Positions 1-11,755 of a stretch of DNA of 64,000 bases are shown in pieces. The stretch's first letter is position 1. Every line of letters starts with the position of its first letter. This DNA is from Nemertoderma westbladi (Eukaryota; Animalia; Xenacoelomorpha), in NCBI GenBank assembly GCA_032718475.1, contig JAUCBJ010007214.1, positions 1-64,000 on the forward strand. Reading direction: 5' to 3'. Both the position numbers and the translations under genes were made by a program. Under the pieces are notes generated by a model. That model was not told the DNA's origin. It ran no database searches and worked only from the letters and a program-made list of their open reading frames with translations.

Positions 1-834
1 ACCCACCAATACATAACCGCGACATCTACCACCCACGGAAGGTAGCACGAACTTATTTCCAATCGCACGTTCAATATGCGAAGCCAGGTGGTTTATAGGA
101 ATATAATCTACGCAGTACTAAATACAGTCGATGCAGTAATGAATGATATTCAAATAATTTATTTAATATACTGTTAATGCCTCTGAAAACTTAGACAATT
201 AAAATACACAGAAATCCCATCAAAAAATAATAAGCATAATATTTTGAGAAATAAACAATTTTGGATATAAGCCTTCTGCAGTGGTAATCTTATTGACTGA
301 CAATCATTAAATGAGATCTGTCTATTACCTGAGACTAAAGAACACAGACTCTATAGTGTAATAGGAGGTAGGGAATGCAGGTTTCAATCTCGTTAGGTCT
401 AGCTGGCAGCCGTGTGGCTAGTTACATACAACCCCCCTCCACTGGCATTCCCAGCAACTGGCTCCCTTACACACACATCCCCCATCTATGTACCAGCCAA
501 CTTGCAAGTTGGCCAATAAATGATCAGTATTTAATGAGAATCCATTTTTTATGCCGTTTTAATTACTTTAGATCAATTAAAGACACAATTATTAAAGCAA
601 ATCACTTGAACTAATTAAAAACTATAATAGAATGGCGTATGTGGATTACATCTGTATAATTTTTAATTATAATTATTTAAATCTTATACTGTAAAACAAT
701 TAATTTCCTTTAAAAGGCAGGTTGAAAATTGTGTTTTCACCGTAATCAACTTAATTAACTAATTAACTGCTATTATCTTAGCTTCTCGAAGGCCACACGG
801 AAATTCTACTTGGAAAATTTCTAAACTTTTGCCA

Positions 835-1006
835 AACAACATGTGTACCAAGTTTGGATAGATTTCATCAAAGATTGGCTGAGTTATTAACGTTTAAAAT
901 TGAACACGACAGAACGACAGAACGACAGAACGACAGAACGACAGAACGACAGGTTGATTAATGGTACCACTACGCTAAGGCTCACTCACTTCGTGGCTCG
1001 CCCCAC
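835..1006. mobile_element. Possible non-autonomous Helentron/HINE (DINE-1-like) remnant
   Basis: TGTGTACCAAGTTT core followed by an 8-bp ACGACAGA microsatellite and a GC-rich GGCTCACTCACTTCGTGGCTCGCCCC end; layout resembles HINE/DINE-1 elements. Boundaries uncertain. Confidence 0.35.
906..952. repeat. (ACGACAGA)n 8-bp tandem repeat, ~6 units
   Basis: Read directly from the sequence. Confidence 0.95.
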
Positions 1007-1463
1007 ATTGCTAAAAATGCACCAATCAGAGTCTTCGACCAACCACGTTCTTCTACAATAATTGGAAAGAATGTTTCCAGTAGATTTTGACACCATCCTG
1101 GTATCAATTGATACATGAGCAATATGGCCACCAACATGTAAAGTCGCCAGCCCTTTTGATGGCCATTCTGGTTCGTAATAATTTTATTTGTATTCTCACA
1201 TGATATAATGGAAGCTTCTCCTTCTGACATCTTATAATCAAACTTCAAATGGTGTTGTATTTTATCGTATACTAATTAATGATATTTACTTTATGGAAAA
1301 TGGTAAAGCCATTGGAATGCTAAATATATTATTAAGTATTCTAGTATAAATTATAAGAAAATCTGCTAAGGAATGGTCTTCTATTTTGATGAAATGTGCA
1401 TCAATACTACCTATCTTTCTACGTATCTTTCTGTTAGTTTATCTGAGATTTATAGTATCCTAT

Positions 1464-2593
1464 TGTTCGCGCTTTTAGACTTTTAGCAGTTTAACCTGCC
1501 AATTTTAGTTGTCCCCTTGTTTATAAATCGACTTTAGCCTATATCAATTACTTAGTGTACTGAAGTTACATCAGCCAAAGCCAGTCTGTGCGCGACCTTT
1601 CACCCACGGTTTTGGGAGACTGGATTCGGATTCCTTGAGAGTTATTGCAGTGTGGACCTACTGTATTATTCTATTGATATTTACGATATAATCTCTGACA
1701 ATATATTTACTTTCGGGGAAATATAAACAGTTCCTGTAGGACGTGGCGCTTTAAGTATAAAAACAGAGTTATGACTTATACTAATCACAACTAGATAGCC
1801 ACAGAGTTTCGTAAATAGCGCATTCTTTAGGAGATGCTTTATTAACCTTCACACTACTTCACACTGCTTCACACTACTTCACACTACTTCGCACTGATCT
1901 GCCGACCGTCACTGAATTTGATCATATATAAGGAGGATCGCAACTGACACATGTAGGGATTATGAAATAGCATTTAATTCACACAAAACAAATATTATGT
2001 AAGTCGCAGTTGCTACCGGTAAACCTGTTCCTCTTACCTCAGTAAGATTGGGGTGTTTATGATTATTTATCGGTATTCTCTAAATATAACAGCAATATCC
2101 ATTAATATAACAACAATTAATAACAGAAGTAAAATAATGCGGTGAACAGTCAGTATGTGTTACTTATGCAGGTAAAAACCGTAATGTTCAGTAGAATGAC
2201 AAGTAAGTAATAATCCAGGTAGGTGAGTTAAGTTAATAGATTTACGTTCTTATAATCAATGACATCTGATGTTTCCTAGGCCAAAGTCTGAAACTTCTAC
2301 ACCGAAGCACAGAAGATTCCGAGCTGGTTCTGATGCTCAGAAAAAAGTAAACAAAAACAGTAATGTATTGCGCGAGTTTCCATAGGACCTTGGTTAGACA
2401 TAAAGGGAAAATCGCTCTGATTGGCTGAATAGGCAGAACAAAGAACTTCCATATCCACAAGAAATCAGCTGACAGATTTCGTCATCTGGGCTCTAATTCC
2501 TTCCCGTCACGCAGTTGGATAAATTTAGGGCTATTTTAGAGTATTCTGCGCATTGTGGAAAAATGACTTGTTATGTCCGCAAAAGCTTTTACA
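1464..2593 (-). repeat. 3' LTR of element A
   Basis: Direct repeat of 20545-21633; starts TGTAAAAGC on the minus strand; contains a 10-bp CTTCACACTA tandem array (~1847-1896), a CCAAT box and AATAAA. Confidence 0.95.
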
Positions 2594-5500
2594 CTGCTCC
2601 CAGAAAATGGGATTTAAGTCTATAAAATATAAAAATCACAGTTTCTAAAATACAAAAATACTCTAAACTATTAGTCCTTCTTACGTGAACGGCCTTTACG
2701 AAGTTTTTGAGGCTAGTAAGAGTCCTTTTCTCTTTGGGGCGAGCCACTTTACTAGGAGGGCTATAACTCCTGGGTGAGGGGTGCAATGCAATTGCATCGG
2801 AAGGTTTAGGATTACGGTCGGTGTATCCGCCGGTCGAGGTACCCGGTTGATCGATATCAACCTCAGTGGAACGAGGTCGAACAACCTTTAGAGCGCGTTT
2901 CAGGACAGCAGCTCTTACTGGTCCCTGATGAGTCATTTGCACGAGAGCGGTAGGTGGACCGTGAGTAGTGAGAAATTTCCTCGGTTTGATGGTTCTTTCC
3001 AACTCGAGTTATTGGGCTCTATATTCATAGCGTCGTCTGTGAACTTCCTGTAGCTCTGGATGCGAGTTTATGAATAAGTCACCATATTCCGGATCTTGAC
3101 GGATGAAGTTGATCAAGTTATAGGAATTAATGTCGTTAGGATTAATATTCCTAAGGTACTTGCGAACAAATTTGGTCGAAATGTTCTCGCCAACACGCTT
3201 CATTACCTCGTAGATAGGGGTACGAGATTTTTGCTCAACGGAAGCAAAGAGATATGGGTGAAACGCATAGACTCCTTCATAGGCACGTCCAGGGTAGTAC
3301 CGATGGCGTGATTTGCAATGGAGATCCGCGTTAGCTTCCCAGGCTCGAATATAACGCAGGGCAACCATTTCGTCTATGCTTTCTAGATCTCGGTTGAAAG
3401 GGCAATCGAAACTTGCGTGTCCTTTAAACTGGCAATGATGACATTGAGTCATAAATTGAGGACAGACTGCGAAGATGTGTAGGTTATTGAGTTTACAATA
3501 CGCACAATAGATCTCCATGGAAGATTGATCTTTAAAGTAGGAGCAGGGTACGCTGGAGTCCACCGGGGTGAAGTGATCTCGCGATGCGCATAATCGGCAA
3601 TGTTTTCTAGAAACATAATTGGCATGCCAATAATCGTATGCGGTGAGACATTGTGGACCTTGATACCATTCCAGGACGTAGTCGTTGTCACTGCTCCTGG
3701 GCACTGTGGGTTGAATCTCCTCGGACTCTAAGCAAATTGGTTCGTCTTCCAATTGCATAGCTGAGGTAGGTGTAGCTGTCTCCTCAAGTGAACCCACTGT
3801 CTGAACTTCCACGATAGAATAACCTGTGGGAATTCGGGGTCTTTGTATAACAGAGGAATGTAAGTTCTGTATACAAACAGCCTTGAAAATGGCGAATCCA
3901 GCACTGTCTAACTTCTCAGCAGCTGAGTCTCTTAGGCTGAGCTTGGTCAGAGCGCGGTCCTTGAACTGACTATCAACGTTACGGAATAGAGTCAGAAAGC
4001 ACCCAAAGCATTCGAATCGGATGAATTTATTGTGTTCATCTAACTTGGCGAGTTTGGTTCCAAGTAACAAGGGATGGGCGTGTATAGTGTGACTGCACAC
4101 ATTGGCTAGCCAACCGGCAAGTGCGGCGTTCTCGAAGATAGTGTATATAGATAATGAGGGACGGAGTGGAACACTCATAAAGCTATAAACGACGCCAGGT
4201 GCGGTTAATGGTCCGTCAAAGTATAATCGAGAATAATGATCTCCATATACTTGTTGATAGCTGACAGGGTTTCCAACTTTGAAATTCCATCCATATTCTT
4301 GGAATTCTTGTCCGATAGAGGTTCATTGTACTTTATTGATGCTGCTGGATGTATTGGCATACATAGTTCGGAAGAAACCTTGGCCTTCTGCCCAGGGAGC
4401 AATCAGCTGAGTGTCTACGGAAGGGTATGGGATATTCTCCATGTTTCTGAAGTCATTTTGGAGATCTCCATAAACAGCTGAGCCGATTTTAAGGATTCTC
4501 TCGTTAAACAGCATCTCAAGCACTGGCTGGGGTAACATCGATCCATCTATACCCATGGCCGGTTTGCGCTCGGTATCGGTAACATAACACTGCACGAGTT
4601 CGAATTGTCCATGTCGGAGATTCTTTTGTATCTCGGTGAGAGTCTCAAAAGAATAATCGATCATGTCGGAACACGCACAACACATGGGTAGAACCAGCTA
4701 GTCCACGTAAGTGTATCATTCGCGTAGTTCCCAGCTCTCCAACTGGAATGCTACCTTCGTTATCGTAAGTGACAACTCCATACATTTCGATAACGTTAAG
4801 AGTCTCGTTCCACTCTTTGGTGGTGTTTTCTATAGTCATCTAGCGCGTAGGTTGACCTCGTGTACCATACGACGGACAAGATCCGCTCGATTGTCCGGAG
4901 GCTCAATGATATACCATCGACACGAGCAGCCTCGATTGGCGGACGTTGTAACATATGAGCGTCAGCGATAAAATCTTTAGATCTTAAGTTGATGTCAACC
5001 GGTTGGGGTTGTACCGTGGCGAAGAGTTTGTCTCCGAAATGGGGAACCATTGAAGGATGAATGATGGTTTTGGAATAGAGATCAGTCATAAGGATTTGAG
5101 CTTCTGGTTGGGCTAAAGCTGCTTCTTCTCTATCATCCATTTTGATGTGTTTCTCCTTGAGCTGATTTTCCTCCGCTTGTCGTTGGAAGTGTTCGTCCAA
5201 AAACTCTTGTAGAGAGTAGGTTCGTCCAAGTTCGATATCTTCTTCGAGATTCTGAATTTCCCGATCGAACTGAGGTAAAGCTAATTCTTTTACCGCTTGG
5301 ACTTGCTGTTGCAATTTACGTTTGTCTAAACAATCGTAAGTTCCTTTTCCGATCTTTTGTCGAATAGCATCTAGCTCGTTTCGTACAATGCTCCCCTCCA
5401 CCTCGGTGACAGGTTGTATCGGGGTTAAACCAGGATGATTATACGGGTTGAACGGCGATATTAGGTGTCCGCGTCCCAATCCGGCTAGGTAGGATGGGCG

Positions 5501-6502
5501 AATATCTAGGGAGCCCACAACCGGTGTGTCACCGACTAATTGTTCGGGTAACACTAGATCTTTAAACAATGAGTACAGTTCAGGAGGATCCGTCATACTA
5601 TTAGGATCAAGAGTCTGAGGTCTCACTAGGGAATGAGGAGGTCTGACCGAGTATTCTGGAACTCTGATCATAGGTTTATTTAAGGATCATTTGAGTCGAG
5701 CGAGCGTTGGTGATACATCGAACAAGTTTCGCTCGAAACCCCTGCAAGTATAGCAAGTAAAACCGTGTTTAGCGCAACGTCTCCGCGGATGTTTATGTCT
5801 TTCCGTTTGTTGGTTGGGTCTAGTGCATTCATCACAATAATACCAAAGACGCACGTCTTGTAGGGGAAACGCGGGTGATCTCTCTCCAGTTTTACAATAT
5901 TCCTCCATCTGTTCGAAGCTATCCGGCACAACAGGTAGTGGTTGATCGGCGGTAAGATACATCATAGTGAAATAGAGTCGTTTGAGTTCTATCATAGGGT
6001 TATGATGTGTACCTTGAGGATATCGAGTTTCTAGATTTTGTTGACTGGCTACATTGAGATATGTTTCTCTTAAGAATTCAAATATTTGTTGAAGTCATTG
6101 CGTTTATCCGGCTCTTCAACGTCTTCTCTTTCAAGTCGATTTCGAATAGAATTTTCGTGTTCGATTCTCAGTTTATCATTCCAACTCCGCTGGGTATGAT
6201 ATTTAAATAGAATCATTTCCCTTTTCGGTGTCTACATCGTCCTTATCGTGTAAATCGATAGGATAACCAGTAGTTAAGAAGTCCATATACGTACCATTAC
6301 GATGCGTATAGCGAGCGGTGAATTTTCTATAGTCCAATTCACGCGTGACCTGTTCCTTTGACATTGGCGGTTCGATATAACGGCCATCGTCCTTTGTAGT
6401 AGGTTAACTAGCGTTGCCGCTTATTAAACTATCAACAAACGCTTGCAATGGTAGGGTATATCGCTCCATGATACCAAGGTCTTCTTCTATTAACTCAGTC
6501 AT
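2589..6502 (-). pseudogene. Accessory ORF of element A: Cys/His finger + DEDDy-type 3'-5' exonuclease + three CCHC knuckles (frameshifted)
   Basis: Candidate ATG at 6502. Consecutive fragments: 5687-5995 (CDEC...HPRRRCAKHGFTCYTC), 4796-5671, 4645-4839 (ExoI-like VTYDNEG), 4323-4685 (ExoII-like LPQPVLEMLFNERILKIGSAVYGDL, VDTQLIA), 3009-4178 (CRLC..H..C, CAYC..H..CPQ, CHHCQFKGH..C) and 2589-3002. The stop at 3009 reads GAA in copy C, so the last two fragments were one frame. Confidence 0.8.
2594..2601 (-). promoter_or_regulatory. Short polypurine tract (GGGAGCAG) of element A
   Basis: Abuts the 3' LTR; the equivalent GGGAGTGG lies at 60326-60333 in element C. Confidence 0.6.
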
Positions 6503-7337
6503 AGCTGCTATATGAGTTTATCGATATTATAATTAATGATATGTAGGCCAGCGGTCGTCGCTGCCCCCCCCCCCCCCCTCAATGCCCCCGGACAGCGCAA
6601 GATCCTCAGCGCTGATTTAATGTCGTCGCTGTGCCTCTCGCCAACGTAGTAGCTACGTAACGACAACAATAACCAGCACGAGTCACTCCACTGTCTGTCC
6701 CAAGGGCTTAGATTTACTGGAGGTTCTTGCTACAGAGGCAGGGTAACTTTCACAACTGCGACTCGCTACTGTAAACACACTTTAGTAGTAACATTCACCT
6801 ATAAATACACAACTTCCACACTCCTGTCACAAATTTTACACATTCGGGCCATTTGTCCATTAGTCAAGTGCCTTCCAGAATGCCACGTTATTATTATGTA
6901 TCCCTGGATACTAGCAGGGTGCTATTTATACAGTATGCTATTCAATGGGGCAAGCTTTCTATTGTTCTTTTAACTCGCTTCTAATTCTAGCGTGGTTGTT
7001 GCTATGGTGACATTATGGAAAGCTAGAAGTAGAATTAGGGTAATTCTCATGCATACAGATCTGGGATGCTATTTAATAGTAATTCTTTAATTGTCAATAT
7101 TCCCCTTTATACATGATTTTATGAATTTTATCGGCTATTGACTATACATTGGAGATTCTCTTACACTAGTATACTTAATACGGTGAATCTCCACTCCCAT
7201 GATCTATTAATTAATGGAATTTTGGGAATGTTATAAATTGTATAAAATGACAATTTATCAAATTCATGAGAGGATATGAATTGAAAATTTATCCTCGTAG
7301 ATTTTATTATTTGATATTAAAATAGACACAATTTTAT

Positions 7338-7702
7338 TCCAGAACATGTCTGGGGACTAGGATCCTTAATTCTAGGAATTTTGTCCTTTTAAGAGTATCG
7401 GTAAGTGCTACGATATCTTAATCGACTAGAATTTTAAAGGATCTAAATTTTAACAGATTTTTGATTTACGGACTCTCCAGAGTTAATTTGTCCACATTTA
7501 CTCTATTTTAACATTTGTTTTAACAGATTTTATAAATATTTATTAAATATTTAATATTTAAGATGGGCACCGATTTAATCCAGAACATGTCTGGGGACGT
7601 TAACCACTGATTCTAGAATTTTGTCTTTCAAGTATATCGGTGGGTGCCGCGATATCTTAATCGACTAGAATTTCAGATGGTCAAAGGGTTTAACAGATTT
7701 AT
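7338..7702. repeat. Two-copy ~125-bp diverged direct repeat in the IN-accessory ORF spacer
   Basis: TCCAGAACATGTCTGGGGAC...CGATATCTTAATCGACTAGAATTT...TTAACAGATTTT at ~7338-7460 and ~7579-7702. Confidence 0.85.
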
Positions 7703-8229
7703 TTTGCATTTTAACGCTACTGTTAAATGGACATCATTCTACCTATATGTATTATTTAATATACGGTATGAGAGCAATATTGCAAGAAGCAATGACAGTG
7801 AGAAGAGGCAAGTCGTTTCCAAGGTATACCCAGAGCTTGGTTTAGCCGAGACACGAGGATCTGAACTTTGCATTCCTAATACTCTACTTACCAATAATAC
7901 TTGAGTATAGTAGGGGCGGTATTGTACTTTTAATAAGTACGGACATTTCATCTTACTGTAGTCACGTATTTATAGTATGATACGGACAGTAAGGAAAGAG
8001 AAAATGAATTATTTCTCGCCATTAATCGAAATATATAATGCTAATTAATTAAGTAATAAACATGAATAATATTGCACCAATCTACTGAATAATCGTTAAA
8101 ATAATATTCTACTAAATAAAATTAAAGAAAATGATTATAATAATAAAATTACGTAATAATACATACATAAATATAAAAATAATAAAAAAAACATAAAATA
8201 ATGTAGTCATACACCCACTCCAGATGCTC

Positions 8230-11200
8230 TTACGTTGGGGAGTCCCTAGATGTTTGTTGGATTAGGGAGGTGGTCGTGGGAAGAGTATCTTGCCTTCCAT
8301 ATTTTCCGGATAGCTCTCGGTCTCTTTCCAGTAAACATAAACGACCAACTGGGCGATTAAGTTGTTGTGTTTCGAATACAATTCCAGGTTTCTTAAAGTT
8401 ACGTCGCATGACGACAAGTTCTACCGATCGCACTAAACCATCATCGGATATATGAGTCTCGATGGTACGACCTGTCTGCCACCTCTGGCAGAGGTGGCAG
8501 ATCTGATTCCACGATAAGGACCATGTCTCCGGCGCTGACGTTTTCTTGCTGCGCAAACCACTTTGTTCGAAGTTGTAGTGTAGGAAGATAATGTTTTTCG
8601 AAATGGTCAGCGAAACGACGGGATAACAACAGCATAAGTTGCCAAGTTTGTCGGCAGTATTCGTCTCCGTCCGTGATTTCCGATTGCGGGAGCATGGCTA
8701 CAGGTTTCTTTAGTAGGAAATGCATGGGTGTTAGCGCTTCTAGGGAGTCGGGACTCGATGAGACTGGCCTAAGCGGTCTCTCGTTAAGATAGGCGGCGAT
8801 TTCTTCCATTAACGTCCGCAAAAGTTCGTCGGTGAGATACGCGCGGCATGGCACTATAAAGTGAAATGCGGTCTTCACGCTCCGTATTAATCTCTCCCAA
8901 CTTCATCCCCACCAAGGGGTGTCGGCGGCGTTGAAGGTCCAGCTAGATGCTGTTACCCTTAGCTGATCGTCCACCTGTCTTTGGTTCCAATCTTTCACGT
9001 AAGCTTTGATCTCATTATTGGTGCCAATGAAGTTCGTTCCTTTGTTGGATCTCATGGTGTTGCTAGTCCCAAAACGAGCAATCTGTCGGTGTAAACTCAG
9101 TATGAAGCTGTTGGTAGATAGATCGTTCACTATATCTAGATGGATCGCTCTACAAGTCATACAGACAAAGATTACACACCATCACTTAACTATAGTCCTA
9201 GCACGATATACTTCAATAGGGCCAAATAAATCCATACCAGTATTAGTAAAGGGTGGTTCATAGAAGCTTACTCTTTCCCTAGGTAATTCTGCCTCTCGCT
9301 CTTTCCTACAGGGTATACAGTTCCTAAGAACTTGGTTCAGAGCTCTACGGGGATTATTGAAATAATAGCGAGTTCGAATTTCGCTAAGAACTCGTTCTCT
9401 ACCAGCATGGTAAAGCCTACTGTGAACATCTACAATCATCTTGATTTGTATTTCAAGATTTCTAATGAGTATGGGAAACTTATCGGAATCTTCATAGCAT
9501 TGCAGGAGTCTCAGTATCTGCTTATTGGTATCCTCATGCTCTTGGTAACTGATCTTCTCCATCAGAAAACTTTCAGACACTTTATAGGCGGGAAGGCTTT
9601 AATAGCATGGACCTTTTTGGATATTATTGGAGCGATATCACTAGTGATCTTCGTCCTGGAATAGTGATGATAGAAACATCTTTTAAGATACACAACGGCA
9701 TTGCAAAGCCGATTAAAGGAGCTATAATGATTTATTGCTCTCTGCAGGAGAGGGGAGAGTCCTTGCGAGACATCTGGTGTTCCAGATTTCCAGTCTCTTT
9801 CCCTGATTTCAATAACAGATTTGTTCGTGGCGGGGAATTTAGATCCACAGCGTCGTCCCCGGAGATGTGTAGTACAGACAGATCTATCACGGGTTTAAAT
9901 AACTTTGATTTACTCGTCCGGGTTTTAGGTTTGACTTTCTCCGCTCCCTTGGCTAGTCCAATCTCTGCCGTGGTGGGATGAGGAGGCCATTCATCCTCTT
10001 CTTTACTTAGGAAGTCGGGTCTACCTAACCAGTCTGGAATATCTATCAGTTCTTGAGGAGTTGCTCCTCTGGAGGTGATGTTGGCTGGATTGATCGTCCC
10101 AGGGCAATGTCTCCATTTATCTACATTAGAGCGACTAAGTATAATGGCTACTCTGTTGGTAACGAAGACGCTAAATTGACAGACTTCATTTGTTATATAC
10201 TCCAGAACGAGTAAAGCATCGGTCCAATAGACAGTTTTCTCCAGTGGATAGTCGATCTGTTCTGTTACATTCTGGCCGATGGCTGTAGAGTATAGAGCCG
10301 CCTTTAACTCCGCTCGAGGAACTCGTAATTTGTTGTTTATCAAGGCCTTAGAGGTGACCAAGGCAACTTTAATTCCATCCGGAGTTTCAACCCTCAGGTA
10401 GGCTACTGTACCTATTCCCATATCGCTGGCGTCTCCAAACACATGGAGTTGATAGGAATACGTAGGGAGAACGTGACCAAAATATGAACGGGAAATCTTA
10501 AAGTTCTCTATGGATGGTAGAGAATCTTCCCATTTCATCCACTTCTTTAGCAGTTCTCCCTTAAGTGGATCATCCCACGAGTGGTTTTCGAGCCACATTT
10601 GTTGCACTAAGCTCCGAGCAACTAATATAACTGGGCTAATAAATCCCAATGGATCGAAATAAGTGCTCAGGATACTTAGACAAATCCGTTTAGTTCTAAC
10701 TGGATTATCTCACTGTTTTAACTGGAAAAACAAGATATCTCTCTCCGTGTCCCATTTTAAGCCAAGTGTTTTGGTTTCCGGAAGATCGTCCTTGATGAGG
10801 TCCAAATCTTTAATACCTCGGTCTTCTACCGGGATCGATTCCAGAAACTCAAGGGAGTTACTAGTGAATTTGGTTGGCCGAAATCCACCGCGTTGCAAGC
10901 ACTCTACCGTTCCCTTGGCAACATCAATGGCTTCTTCCACCAATAAGAGGGACTTTAAATTGTCGTCCATATATATATCCCGATTGATGTTGTCGATAAC
11001 CGCTTTAGAGAAGGCGTCTCGGTTGTCATCGGCAGTGGTACACACTACTGAACAAGCGTTCGAGGGGCTCGAGATGATCCCCAAAGCCTGGATGGTCATC
11101 CAGTACACCACCGGTTTTTGGTTGAGGTCTCTCCTTCAGGCCACCACAGAAATCGTAGGCTGTCTCGATCCCTTTCCAGCGCCTTGACTTGTAAGTACAT

Positions 11201-11755
11201 GCCTTCTATGTCCGAAGCGAATGCGATAGAATATTGCCGCAGTCTTAATAATATTCCCAACAAGGATTGGAGTAAGTTATGTCCCAGCAACAGTTCTGAG
11301 TTCAGGGATTGACCCATGTAAAGGGCGGAGCTGTCAAACACTACCTGGACTTCGTTGGGTTTACCGGGCGTGGGAACGTAATGATGTGTTAGATAATACG
11401 TTCTTTCCGTTATGGGTGTTTCTTCCGGAACTCACTCCGCGTATCCTTTATCAATGAATTTCTTCAGTTGGGTTTTATACATTTCCCTGGCTTGAACGTT
11501 GGCCGTAAGACGCCGATGTAGTTGCGCCATTCTCTTTTCCGCTAAAGGTCGGTTATTTATAAAGCTGGGTTCTCGCCATCGGAACGGAAGACCAATCTCA
11601 TAGCAACCTTCGTCCTTCAGATAACGTGTAGTCGTTTCCTGAATCTGCTTGGCTCTCTCCTCCTCGACAGACAAGGCTTTGTCGTAGGAATTAGGCTCCA
11701 CGGCTTCTTGAGTAAAGAATCGTACGGCGTGTTCATCGCAGATTTTGTTATTGTA
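8230..11755 (-). pseudogene. pol: pol of element A (RT, RNase H, integrase), fragmented
   Basis: RT ASDIEGMYLQV and YMDD; Pao RNase H HVFGDAS, PRAELKAA, WTDA, NPA.ITSRG; integrase H..LYHAG...CIPC, GMDLFGP, GTNF, PWWG. Multiple frameshifts. Confidence 0.95.

Noticed and set aside
375-1248. Short ORFs 375-614 and 982-1248 as host genes
   Set aside because: No recognisable domains; short, in AT-rich repeat-derived DNA.
2589-6502. env gene in the post-integrase position
   Set aside because: No signal peptide, fusion-protein cysteine pattern or C-terminal transmembrane anchor; motifs fit an exonuclease and zinc knuckles.
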